In this document: piece after piece, positions 38,543-52,105 of the stretch
Layout: every line of letters starts with the position of its first letter
Numbering within the stretch: the first letter of the stretch is position 1
Source: Octopus sinensis
Lineage: Eukaryota
Reading direction: 5' to 3'
NCBI RefSeq assembly: GCF_006345805.1
Contig: NW_021833812.1
Location: 1-54,735 of the forward strand
Length of the DNA stretch: 54,735 nt
Made by a program: the position numbers and the translations under genes
The notes under the pieces: generated by a model
Seen by the model: only the letters and a program-made list of their open reading frames with translations
The model's database searches: none
What the model was told of the DNA's origin: nothing

Positions 38543-39334
38543 ATGAAGGCAGATAACCCTTATTTAATCCCCTATTATCGATCTAAAAGTAAATATAACA
38601 CCTTCAAAAGTAATTACGCTATGAATACTAGTAAAAATATTTGGTTAATAATTCCTTACGGGAGACAAATTAAATCTAATCTTCCACTGCTGTTTCGTCA
38701 AGCTATTGCTAGGAATTTTCCAAACAATTCTAGATATTACTCAATAATCAATTCACATAAGGTTAGGATAGGTTTTTCAAACACAAAAAATCTCTTGCAA
38801 ATTATCTCTTCTCATAATAACAAACTGTTAAATATTAATACATTTACTAATACTAACATTAATTTAGCTAATACCATCCAACCCTTTAGAAATATTAATA
38901 ACAAGGTTATTGTATCTGAAGTCAATTCCAATAGAATTAAGTTTATGTCAAGTAACTCTAAGATTAAAAATTCTATATACCAGTATATAATCAGTACTCG
39001 TAATAAAGTACGGTTTTACATTGGAAGCACATCGTTAGAGTTATCTAAAATAATTTCTATCCATTACTCAACATTTAGGGATAGAAATAAACGGAATAGT
39101 ACCGGTCTCAGCAAACTGATTTGGGATTTAAAAGACCACAATGAACAATTTCATTTAGAATGGTTGATCCTCTCAATTTCGATACCATCTGACAAAGGCA
39201 AGAAATTCTGTCTTTTCTGCAATTCTGAGCTATTTTTCATTATTTTTTCTAAAAATACTCTAGTAAACACGGTTATAGAGCGAGCATACAGATGTAAGCA
39301 TTGGCAGAAACATACATTTAGTGCATATAAGTAA
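38543..39334 (+). CDS. Penelope-like element ORF C-terminus (GIY-YIG endonuclease), degenerate
   Basis: SIYQY...FYIGST...HYSTF...STGLSKLIWDLK...CLFCNSE...CKHWQK gives the PLE GIY-YIG with its CCHH-type motif. The upstream part (IPY, KVRIGFSNTKNL) is typical of the PLE linker. Confidence 0.85.
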   Translation: MKADNPYLIPYYRSKSKYNTFKSNYAMNTSKNIWLIIPYGRQIKSNLPLLFRQAIARNFPNNSRYYSIINSHKVRIGFSNTKNLLQIISSHNNKLLNINTFTNTNINLANTIQPFRNINNKVIVSEVNSNRIKFMSSNSKIKNSIYQYIISTRNKVRFYIGSTSLELSKIISIHYSTFRDRNKRNSTGLSKLIWDLKDHNEQFHLEWLILSISIPSDKGKKFCLFCNSELFFIIFSKNTLVNTVIERAYRCKHWQKHTFSAYK

Positions 39335-39529
39335 TCTCTATCATTATATATAATTTAAACTTTAATTTCCTTTATATTTAACATTCACTATTAATATCCC
39401 TACTCTTTCTGTTAGCTACTTATGACGTTATATAATATAACGTTTTTTTAAACAATATTAATAGCGTTCTGTCTATCGCTATATAAATCCATCATTCTTT
39501 GCTAAAATGTCTTATTGACGAGTTTCGTT

Positions 39530-39626
39530 TTTTTCACTTTCCTGAGGAGAAGATTGCATTGTTTATACCATTTATTCTTTTGAATAGTATCAGTGGAATT
39601 TTCGAAACATGTGTCGAAAGTAAAAA
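39530..39626 (+). ncRNA. Type I hammerhead ribozyme (short stem III), PLE 3' region
   Basis: Stem I tttttcactttc/gaaagtaaaaa; core CTGAGGA 39542-39548; long stem II 39549-39603; GAAAC-atgt-GTC 39604-39615, predicting cleavage after 39615. Confidence 0.8.
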
Positions 39627-39822
39627 TACTTGATTACACCTGCGTTAACTCCATTTTTTTATTCATATTATTCAAAATATTCAACGTAAACACGAAGTTT
39701 CTACCTTTATAAACAAGGAGTTACAACACCTTTACTTGTGAGATTTTTGCTACCCTGGTAACTATTTATTTATTTTTCCGTGTTAATTGTTAACAAGGTA
39801 AAAATACACTCATCTATTTATA

Positions 39823-39906
<84 letters not shown>

Positions 39907-39909
39907 AAG

Positions 39910-40213
39910 ACATCATTCAGTCAGGAATGACCATGGGACTGTGCCTAGAAAGTTGTCTTCTGAGTCACAAGTCCGGGCAAGGTTGTTTATGGAAGATCAG
40001 CAGTCGCCCATGTATACCAGCCACCGATATTATTCAAGGAAAAGGAAAAGGCCGATACGGCTTGGCACCAGTGACGTTGCAACGCATTTCTACCAATCAG
40101 CGAACTGGAGCCATATGAAATAGAGTCTGGCCCAAGAATACAAGACACAGCCGGTCCGTTCCGGGTATCGAACTCGCTATCTTACCCTCTAACCACTGAA
40201 CCATGCGCCTTCA
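39910..40213 (-). mobile_element. tRNA-derived SINE with an RTE-like tail
   Basis: gaaggcgcatggttcagtggttagagg...gagttcgatacc; tail ...cttccataaacaaccttgcccggacttgtg. Confidence 0.65.
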
Positions 40214-40215
40214 CC

Positions 40216-40323
<108 letters not shown>

Positions 40324-40390
40324 ATGAGATAACAAAGCCAAGGCTATAAGAAGTTTTCAGGTCATTTATAAGGAAAGCGGTATAGATATA

Positions 40391-40786
40391 GCCTTACAAC
40401 TGTTTCTGGGGCGTTATCGATATCCCTTCATTAGAGACGATGTGATGGCTAAATATAGTTAAATATTTGAGTTCAAAATAAGGAATCATTATGGAAATGG
40501 AGGGAAATAAGGGAATGAAAGTAGAAATAAAACATATAAAGTTATTGTAGTTGTAGTTCCATTTTTCCATGAAACTGGTGTATAGAAGTGGTAAAAAAAT
40601 TTCCTGTACATGGTATGTAAGATCCAGTAGTAGTTCTTGTTTAATGATTTCAAAGTATGAAGCCGTGGATTCTGTGTTGCTCATTCGAAGGTATTTTGTT
40701 CCAACCCAAATATTTACCTCAAGTCAAACATCTCACATCGTTGCTGATGAAGGGATATTCATAATATCCCAGAAACAGCTGTAAGA
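40391..40786. repeat. ~55-bp inverted repeats (40391-40445 and 40733-40786), each a hammerhead-like motif facing outward
   Basis: Right: CTGATGA-a-gggatatt-cat-aatatccc-a-GAAAC-agct-GTA. Left, minus strand: CTAATGA-a-gggatatcgataacgcccc-a-GAAAC-agtt-GTA. Confidence 0.75.
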
Positions 40787-41099
40787 ATATATCGATGTCT
40801 CTTTCCTTTAAAATGTCCTGAAAACTCCTCACAGCATTGGCTTTGTTATTTCATTTTTCAACGTAGTCGCGTATTGTCCTTGCCTTCCCAACGCGGAATA
40901 GATGAAACAGGGACAACTGATGAAGGGGAATATTCTTTATGTTGCATGTCTCGTTTCTCTGTTTGTTTTTTTCGTTGTTCGAAAAACGTTTTCTATGTTT
41001 TCTATGTTTTTGTTTTTATGTTTCCGTTTCTCATTGTGTTCAACGTTTTATTTGATTCCTGTACTCATATATGCATGTATATATACATATATATGTGGG

Positions 41100-41183
<84 letters not shown>

Positions 41184-41255
41184 CATACATACATATACAT
41201 GTAGGTATGTACATATATGTTTGTATATATGCATATATTTATATATTATTTATGT

Positions 41256-41295
<40 letters not shown>

Positions 41296-42010
41296 TATAT
41301 ATATATCTATATATATATTAATATATATATATATATAATATATATATATATATATACTTCCAGACATGTACTATTCTTCCACACCTCTATACTAAACAGC
41401 ACAGCTAACGCACACAAACTTTCCCCATATTATGTCCGTTTACTCATACGAGTACACACTTAAATTTTGTATCTATACATCGTCCCTTTCTTTTCATCTT
41501 GACTCCTTATAAAATAGCTCCCTAACTTGCGTTCTGAGACTCTCTTTATTTTCCCTGAGAGACTTTTTCTCCCATCCTCAATGCTGAAGACGTACTAACT
41601 TCCGAAACGTTAAGATCTTATATTTCCGTTAAAACTTGACTTTAATAACTTATCTATCAAATCTTACGACGGGCTTCTTTAAGTTTCCGTCGACTATATC
41701 CACTCACAAGGTATTGGTCGACCTGAGATTATACAGCAGATACTTGCCCGGGGTGTCATGCAGTGGGACTGAACCCGGAAACATATGATTGGGATACAAA
41801 CTTCTTACCATACAATATGTTTGTGCGTATGTATGTATATACACTTTATGAATGCATATGACTAAATTTGCATTCATACACTCACATACACACGTGTACA
41901 ACAAGACAAATATATCTGTGTGTAAAATACAAGTATATAAATGTGTATGTGTGAGTGTATGTTGATGTATGTATGTTTGTACCCTTACGTATCTGCCTCT
42001 CTATATGTAT

Positions 42011-42042
<32 letters not shown>

Positions 42043-42486
42043 ACGTGTGTGTACGTGTGCGCCCTAGTTTCTTTATTTTCAGATTCTAGGTCTTCTTCAC
42101 ATCAATTCCATTTGCAGCCATCTGAAGACACCATTATGGAGAACAAAATACATATCACTTGTAAGATTTCTTTCCCCTTCCTTCCCACCGCTCCTCTACT
42201 TCCTCTCTCTCTCTCTCTCTCAATCTCTCTCTCTCTCTCTCCTCTACCACTTACTCTTTCTCCCACTTATTCCCACTTCCTTACTTTCCCTCATATTTAT
42301 TTATCTATTTATTTATTCATTCATTTTAGTGTCCGATTCTATGACAAATAAAACAACAAACAACAATAACAACCACAGCAACAGCAACAACAGCAGTAAC
42401 TACGATCACGAAGATAATAACAAAGACGAAAATGAAAGTAGAACATGGAAGACGGGGCATATAAAGATAGTGAGGTAAAGGAAGAG

Positions 42487-42899
42487 ATATTGAACTAAAG
42501 AAGTAGTAACAGTCTTTATATAGGCGCAGGCATGGCTGTGTGGTAAGTAGCTTGCTTACCAACGACATGGTTTCAGGTTCAGTCCCACTGCCTGGCACCT
42601 TGGGTCAGTGTCTTCTACTATAGCCTCGGGCTGAGGAAAGCCTTGTGAGTGGATTTGGTAGACGGAAACTGAAAGAACCCCGTCGAATATATGTATTTAT
42701 GTATGTATGTGTTTGTCCCCCTATCACCGCTTGACAACCAGTGTTGGTGTGTTTACGTCCCCATACCTTAGCGGTTCGGCCAAAGAGACTGATAAGATAA
42801 GTACTAGTCTTACAAATAATAAGTCCTGGGGGCGATTTGTTCGACTAAAGGCGGTGCTCCAGCATGGCTGCAGTCAAATGACTGAAAGAAATAATAATA

Positions 42900-42945
<46 letters not shown>

Positions 42946-43658
42946 TGACAAAATCATTAAAGTTTGAGTAAAATATGATGTAGCGTTTGTTCCTTACGGT
43001 CTCTTAAGTTCTGAGTTCAAGCCCCAATGAGGACAACGTTACTGCTTCTCTTTTAGCGGTCTATAAGTAAAGTACCAACCAAGTAGAACAGTCCATATGC
43101 CGCCGTGGTCGACTTTTCCTTTCATCCTTTCGGTGGCCGATAAAAGAAGAAGCATCTGAGTAATGAGGTCGATGTAATCAACTATTATTGTTGTTGTTGT
43201 TGTTGTCGATTTGGACAGTCATATCGACGAGGAGGCAAGGTTTTTGTCTGAACTCCTTCAATATAATATCTGGTCTATTCGCATCTGTCCTTTTGCCAGT
43301 TTGAACGGTGAAGTTCCAGAGGAGTGAGATGTGATCATTTTCAAACACTGGAGGTGGTTTGTATTCCCACCAGTTTTTATCACGGGATAGGTCCAGGCTT
43401 TTGCAAATTACTCAGTGAATATACTGTGTTGCTCTATCATGTCGGTTGAGATACTCTGTAGGCGCAAGAAGACTGCACATGGAGACAACATGATCAATGG
43501 TTTCATCTTGTTCTTTACATACACAACATGTAGGAATATCGACCGCTAAAAGAGAAGCAGTAACGTTGTCCTCATTGGGGCTTGAACTCAGAACTTAAGA
43601 GACCGTAAGGAACAAACACTACATCATATTTTACTCAAACTTTAATGATTTTGTCATT

Positions 43659-43706
<48 letters not shown>

Positions 43707-44122
43707 ATTATTATTTCTTTCATTCATTTGACTGCAGCCATGCTGGAGCACCGCCTTTAGTCGAACAAATCGCCCCCAGGACTTATTATTTGTAAGACTA
43801 ATACTTATCTTATCAGTCTCTTTGGCCGAACCGCTAAGGTATGGGGACGTAAACACACCAACACTGGTTGTCAAGCGGTGATAGGGGGACAAACACATAC
43901 ATACATATATATATACATATATTCGACGGGGTTCTTTCAGTTTCCGTCTACCAAATCCACTCACAAGGCTTTCCTCAGCCCGAGGCTATAGTAGAAGACA
44001 CTAACCCAAGGTGCCACGCAGTGGGACTGAACCTGGAACCATGTCGTTGGTAATCAAGCTACTTACCACACAGCCATGCCTGCGCCTATATAAAGACTGT
44101 TACTACTTCTTCAGTTCAATAT
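42487..44122. repeat. ~580-bp inverted duplication (42487-43061 and 43541-44122) containing a family B SINE
   Basis: The arms are reverse complements with scattered substitutions and microsatellite length differences. Confidence 0.9.
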
Positions 44123-44790
44123 GTTGGCCTGGTAGTTCCTTATAGGTAGGCATTGATCTTGGGCTGCTATGATAAACCCACCTGTCTCAGATTTGAAGCC
44201 AGAGGCCATTAGCCATTTATGTGTAAGGGCTTTGTCAACATCGGCATTATTATCTCTCTTTGGGTATTTGCCATTGAGGGGTATTTTTTTGCCATTTATC
44301 AGTAAGAATATCTAATGCAGCAGCTTTAACTCGGGTTTTCATGCGCTTAGCTTTTTCTGTGCTTGTTCCTAATACATCTTATTCTGGAATTTGTTGTATT
44401 TGGAATTCACTGAGATATTCCTTTGGTTTTTTGTTACTATTTTGTTTTCGTGCTTCAAGACAAGTTTTAAACTTCAGTCATCATAGTTTTTCAGGTAGGT
44501 GTTTAAGCCAATTGTGTCCATCTTCATTGTTAAGGATAATTGTAAAAGTTCACGGCCACCCCCTTTTCTTGGCAGATAAAGTCGTTCTGTTTCTGCCTTA
44601 GGGGGGGGGTGCATTCTATGCATTGTCAACAATTTCCGTATTTTTCCGTCAAGATTACATATTTCAGTAATTGACCAGTTAATGATATTGAAATGTAAGT
44701 CACAACCGGTATGACTAAAGTATTGATTGATCCTGTTTCTTGCATTCAGCTCTGCCTTGAATATTGCCCTTACCCTCATCCTTAAACTTA
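43200..44790 (-). mobile_element. R4/Dong-clade LINE fragment split by the 43541-44122 insertion
   Basis: 44790 to 44123: RLYLPRKGGGR...WLMASGFKSETGGFIIAAQDQCLP.RNYQANI. 43540 to 43200: PTCCVCKEQDETIDHVVSMC...RHD...ANRPDIIL...LVDMTV. Confidence 0.85.
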
Positions 44791-45051
44791 TTGATGTTAT
44801 TATTATTATCATTATTATCATTTTCATTAGCATCTTTCAATTCTGTTTCCATTTCTTGCCGAGTGTCTTCCTGATACCTAGGACAAAGGAATGTACTGTA
44901 TACATTGGTAGGCCATTAAAATAAACACCCCAGATTATTCATTTACAAAGTCATGTGATAGAGAAAAAGGGGAGGACAGAGAGAAAAAGGAAAAAAATAA
45001 AAAATAACAAAGTAAGCAAATCGGAACTACCAAGCATTGTCGCCAATTTTA

Positions 45052-45114
<63 letters not shown>

Positions 45115-45116
<2 letters not shown>

Positions 45117-45585
45117 GAGTAAGGGAGCAGTGCATGCCATCAACGTGACACAGGGGTATAAATATATGAAGCCCAGTATGCCCACCATGACTACCCGTCT
45201 CATAAGGTTACAGCAGGCACATGCATCACAACCATATGTGCGCGACATGGTGATCTCATATCAAGATAAACAGCACATGACCTTGCAGTTAGAATTTTCT
45301 TCTGGTCAAGTAGCCCATACCGCTCAAAATATCCCTGAATAAGGGTTGTTTAAGGATGTTGAACGAAACACATGTTTCCAGAGGTAAATTATTCAAACCC
45401 CAAAGAATCCCTGTCAACACATGGCTATGATGTTCCCCCACTACTTCTGTTCGTGATCAGAGATGCACATATCGTCAGCCACTAAGGACATGGTCAACTG
45501 GTTAAGATCAAACAACTGACAGGCAAATCTGTGGTATTGAGCAGAATATTTGCTGTAGCCATCTTTTCTACAAGACAAAACAATG
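45115..45585 (-). mobile_element. 5'-truncated copy of the 36135-36686 repeat, in (TTA)n
   Basis: Homologous along its whole length and flanked by (TTA)n on both sides. Confidence 0.8.
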
Positions 45586-45619
<34 letters not shown>

Positions 45620-45630
45620 GCAGCAGCAGC

Positions 45631-45671
<41 letters not shown>

Positions 45672-45673
<2 letters not shown>

Positions 45674-45880
45674 TGAACTGGCAGAATCGTTAGCATGACG
45701 GACGAAATGCTCAGCAGTATTTCGTCCGTCTTTGCATTCTGACTTCAAATTACGCCGAGGCCGAATTTGCCTTTAATCCTTTCGGGTTCGATCAAATAAG
45801 TACCAGTTGCGCACTGGGGTCTATGTAATCGACTATTCCTCTTCCCCCAAATTTCAGGTCTTGTGCCTTTAGTAGAAAGA
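45672..45880 (+). mobile_element. SINE family A
   Basis: actggcagaatcgttagc...gccgaatttgcctttaatcctttcgggttcgatcaaataagtaccag. Confidence 0.8.
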
Positions 45881-45894
45881 ATTATTACAATACA

Positions 45895-45930
<36 letters not shown>

Positions 45931-45933
<3 letters not shown>

Positions 45934-46255
45934 TAGTTTTATTTTTATAGCGTGCTTTCACTTCACTACCGAGCGCAGCTCTGTGTGCCTTGGGTATGTG
46001 TTGTGATTTGTTGTGATGTTCTGATGGTTATTGTATGGAAAGTGTTCTGCGTAGGATGTGTGCAGTGCCTAGTAGTGCAATTTTCTGTATGTTATATGTG
46101 TTTGTAAGTCCTGGTGTTTTTGTTATGTATTTGTCTGAATATTTTTTTATCATGCCTAATGCACCTACTATGATAGGAATTGTTTCTATTTTCAGATTCC
46201 ACATTCTGGTTACCCCTATTTCCAGGACTTTGTATTTTGAGAGTTTCTCCATTTC

Positions 46256-46258
<3 letters not shown>
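45931..46258 (-). mobile_element. Short 3' end of the R4/Dong LINE, embedded in (TAA)n
   Basis: KEMEKLSKYK...ALLGTAHILRRTLSIQ* plus a 3' UTR nearly identical to 19520-19843; (TTA)n on both sides. Confidence 0.9.
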
Positions 46259-46294
<36 letters not shown>

Positions 46295-46965
46295 CATCAT
46301 CATCATCATCGTCATCGTCATTATCATTATTATTATTATTAGTAGTAGTAGTAGTAGTAGTAGTATCGTTGTTGTTACGGTTGTGTTGTTGTTTGTACTT
46401 GTACATTGTTATTAATGTCATGGCCATCCGCGTCCAATTAAACATCTCATCATCATCATCACCATCACTATTATACTCCCACAGCAGCTGTTGCTGTTGG
46501 TTTTACTACTATTACAACCACTGCTGCTGCTGCTACTTTTACACGCAGCACTGAAGAGCCGCAGAAACAATTAAAACGCAGAAGCCATATCAAATATGTA
46601 GTAATATCATATAATTTCTCTGTTGATATTGTTGACGAAGTTTTAGGGAGGTGGTTGATATTTATGTTGTTGTTCTTGGTGTCGATGCCCTTGTTCCGTT
46701 CATTCATGTTGGTAGATGATAGCGGTGGAGAGGTGATGGCAGCTGATCTTCCTGCTTCAATACAATTTTGCTGTGTATTTTACGAATTTCTTTTTGATTT
46801 TGCTTGATATTTTATCTTTACAACAAATTATTTTTGCGGATTTTGTATTTTTCGTAGGTGTTGATAATGTATACGGAGGTTATAAATTATCATATGTATA
46901 TATTAATTAAATATGGACCTATATATATGTGTGTGGGTGGGGTGGGGTGTTTATTTGTATATGTA

Positions 46966-47019
<54 letters not shown>

Positions 47020-47087
47020 TGCACCCATACATACAAATACACACTCAACAAACAGATTTATATATATATATATATATATATTAATAT

Positions 47088-47179
<92 letters not shown>

Positions 47180-47281
47180 TTATTATACATATATATAATA
47201 TATACACTTATATGTATATGTTTATGTATATAGATACATACAAATGTACATGTATCTGTAATATGCATATGCATATATACA

Positions 47282-47327
<46 letters not shown>

Positions 47328-47408
47328 GTATGTATGTATGTATGTATATGTATATATACATACATGCATGTGTGCGTATATATACATATAATATAATATA
47401 ATATATAT

Positions 47409-47467
<59 letters not shown>

Positions 47468-47528
47468 GCACACATGTCATAGAAACACTTCAAACACTTC
47501 ACTTCATCCGCCATCTTGTTCGCATCAC

Positions 47529-47678
47529 CTGTGCCGCCAGATCCTTGCCTGACGATAAAATAGAATACGCATTGTGGCCATATTTATATGGCTTTCGCTG
47601 AAGAGAAAGATAATTGCATACGCCATTATGCTTGTGAGGTAGAGTCCGCTTATGTCATTGCGTGCGTGTTGGCGATGA
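47529..47678 (-). other. Candidate 150-nt exon (unidentified)
   Basis: Acceptor ttttttctgttgtcag|, donor CAG|gtgatg, and one open frame of 49 codons with phase 2-2. Confidence 0.2.
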
Positions 47679-47988
47679 CTGACAACAGAAAAAACGCTTA
47701 CAGGATTCATTGACTATTTCTAAGTCCTTATCACTGTCAGAATTTTAGGGGTTTCATTAATATAATTTATGTACAAATTAACGATATGGTATTCACCATT
47801 ATCATACTTTATTTCATTGTATTTGTTTTTTTTCCTTGTTTTCTATAAAATATCTGCTTTTATATTTTTATTTTCTTATTGTTTATATCAACATCAGTAT
47901 TAATTTTAGTTGTAATGTTTATAACATTATTATTATTAAAATTATTATTATTATTATTATTATCATCATTATCAGCAGCAGCAGCATT

Positions 47989-48020
<32 letters not shown>

Positions 48021-48021
48021 T

Positions 48022-48094
<73 letters not shown>

Positions 48095-48096
<2 letters not shown>

Positions 48097-48270
48097 GCGG
48101 CGGCGAGCTGGCAGAATCATTAGCACGCCGGGTATGTTCTGAGTTCAAATTTTGCCAAGGCCAACTTTGAATTTCATCCTTTCGCGGTCTCTAAATTAAG
48201 TACCAATTGCGTACTGGGGTCGAGCTATCCTCTTTTCCCATGATTTCAGGCCTTATGCCTATTGTAGAAA
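48095..48270 (+). mobile_element. SINE family A (internally deleted)
   Basis: gcggcggcgagctggcagaatcattagcacgccggg-tatgttctgagttcaaat. Confidence 0.8.
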
Positions 48271-48272
48271 GG

Positions 48273-48319
<47 letters not shown>

Positions 48320-48333
48320 CATTATTATGATTA

Positions 48334-48424
<91 letters not shown>

Positions 48425-48805
48425 GGCGGCAGGCTGGCTTACTGAAATGGTTCGCGGTGTGTGTTTGTCTGTGTGTATCTTTGTGTGTGTTTGTGGGTGT
48501 GTCTGCGAGTGTGTGAGTATGTTTGTGTGTATGTGACTCTGTGTGTTTATTCCTAAACACTAGCATCCATTTTGTGACTGACCCTTCAGCGCGGTGCCCT
48601 AGCCTGGGCGTAGTCTTAACAGAAACAAGTAAATCTAATACATATAAGCAATGATACAAGGAAATAATAAAACGCGTAGAACTCTGATATAAATGCTACA
48701 TCACAAACCGACCTGATCAGCATCAATGTAAGCAAAAAACACTAGCTGCAAGTATGAAAGTAGACCGGGAGACATTTCAAGTCTTATGCACCAAGTGATC
48801 GTACT

Positions 48806-49025
48806 AATACATACATACATACATACATACATACATACATACATACATACATACATACACATACATACATACATACATACATACATGCATACATACATAT
48901 ATACATGCATACATACATACATACATACATGCATACATACATACATACATACATACATACATACATACATACATGCATACATACATACATACATGCATAC
49001 ATACATACATACATACATGCATACA

Positions 49026-49059
<34 letters not shown>

Positions 49060-49100
49060 CATACATGCATACGTACATACGTACGTACGTATGTACCTAC
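48806..49100. repeat. (TACA)n microsatellite
   Basis: Direct reading. Confidence 0.95.
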
Positions 49101-49877
49101 AAACATATATTGGGGCCCTGGGATATGTAACACACTGCCAAAACACCAATCTGGAGACGTTAGGTTTCCCAAAGCCAGAAAGGAGAAAGCTAATTTGAAG
49201 ACCACAGATCCAATCCATAAATGGAACTGTAAAAATCTGTAAAACTTTCCAGAAGTTTATCATTTAAATATATATGAGCATGCCTAGATATGCAATTACA
49301 TGCATGAGAATACATACATACGCACATACAAACAAACAAAAACTGCTGTGGATGTTGAAATTCCAGTGAAGGAGCCTAGTCTATATAAGAAATATTGAAC
49401 TTCTAAATCTCTCGTAGAGACATGTACGGTGGTGGGGCGATAGAATGGTTGTATACTGTCAATCTAACAAGAACGTGACAGTAGGGGGTACACCACCGCT
49501 GTATAGCCCTAGGAAGCATCGAACGCCTCCTGATAGCTTTGACACATTTTTTCCCTGTGTCCTTATATAGATATACGAAGGGGAGACAAACACCCCCGGC
49601 TGCCGGAACTGCATCTAGGGACACCGTGTTTCAGGATCATTGTCCTTCATCGGCCTAGAGTAGCAGACACCGGTCAGCTGGTGATATTTGCCTCGACTTC
49701 GTAATTCTATATATCTATATTCAGTGAAGTTTATTCACTGATTATCAAAATAAGAAATATTGAATTTCTAAATCTCTCGGATCTATTGGCCAGAAATCTT
49801 GAAATAAAACCGAACAATGACATACATGCACACTTATGTGCAACCACACTCACTCATATATATATATATATATATAG

Positions 49878-50580
<703 letters not shown>

Positions 50581-50643
50581 GAACAAAAGTATATACATAT
50601 ATATATATATATGTATGTATGTATGTATGCATGTATGTATGTA

Positions 50644-50686
<43 letters not shown>

Positions 50687-51260
50687 TCACACACATGCGC
50701 ACTCAGGGGCAATTACGCACCCATAATTACATGCCCTCACCGGGTACTTTCTACATTTGTGTATTTTTTTCTGTTTTACTTTTTATAAAGAAAGCAAAAA
50801 GTCAACTGGAGTCCTTGTAGTAAACAGTAACACAAGCGAGAAGGCTGCATTACACCCGTAAACCCACCCGACGTGTAATCTTTTAATTACTGATAAGCAG
50901 GCATTCATTTAATAATTGTCGTAGAATTTCTCCGCCAACAAACGACAGAGCGGGTTGCAATGAACGCTGAATAGGTCAACAGCTGCGAGCTATCATTGCC
51001 ATTGTTACACACCCACTCCTAATCACGTTACTATAGATGTGTGTATATTACATACATACATCATACAGCATACATCCATACGTATAAATACATATATATA
51101 TATTATATATATATATATTATATATATATATATATATATACATACGCATATATACACACACACACATATGCATATGTACTCATTTATACACATGATGTAT
51201 ATACATGTGTGCATATATATGTGTGTGAGTGTACACGCACATATACGTATATACATACAG

Positions 51261-51295
<35 letters not shown>

Positions 51296-51314
51296 AATGA
51301 ATATATATATATAT

Positions 51315-51354
<40 letters not shown>

Positions 51355-51468
51355 ATAGACAGATAGACTTGTGTACACACACACATATATACATATATAT
51401 ATATGTATGTATATGCATATATATTTATGTGTATATATGTATATATATGTGTGTGTATATATACATAT

Positions 51469-51506
<38 letters not shown>

Positions 51507-51561
51507 GTGTGGTGTATTATATGTATATATATGTGTGTATATATATATATGTGCGTGTGTG

Positions 51562-51597
<36 letters not shown>

Positions 51598-52038
51598 CAC
51601 ACACAGACACATACATTCACACACCAACATAGAATGTAGTAACCGTATGTGGTGCGCATGCACAGTGTCTTTATGTGTTTGTGTGTATGTGTGTGTGTGT
51701 GTGTGCTTATGTGTGAGAGTGTGAGCATGCGCATGTGCGTGCGTGCGGGCGGTTAAAGAAACACAGAAAGCCTCGGTGACGGAGAGAAGAAAGCAAAGGT
51801 GTAGGTTTGTAGGCATTGCTGCTTGTGTAGTTAGGAAGATTGCTTTTACAATCGGAAGGCCGTGTGCTCGATCCCACACGATGGCACCGTTGGCAAGAGG
51901 CTTCATCTTTTGTCATGCCTGAAGTTCACCAGCATTACGTCTTCACACATGGAATTTACGAAGCAAAATTTCTTAAAAAATACGTTGAGTATCTACGTAT
52001 TTGTGCTGTGCGTGTGTTCGACGCGCGCGTGCATATAT

Positions 52039-52101
<63 letters not shown>

Positions 52102-52105
52102 ATAT

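Noticed and set aside
40446-40732. Spacer as a PLE RT fragment (HRIHGFIL...QFHGKMELQL)
   Set aside because: The resemblance is weak and motif spacing is inconsistent with the RT at 14035-15780.
46549-46575. ctgaaga-gccgca-gaaac
   Set aside because: No stem II or stem I complementarity; likely chance.
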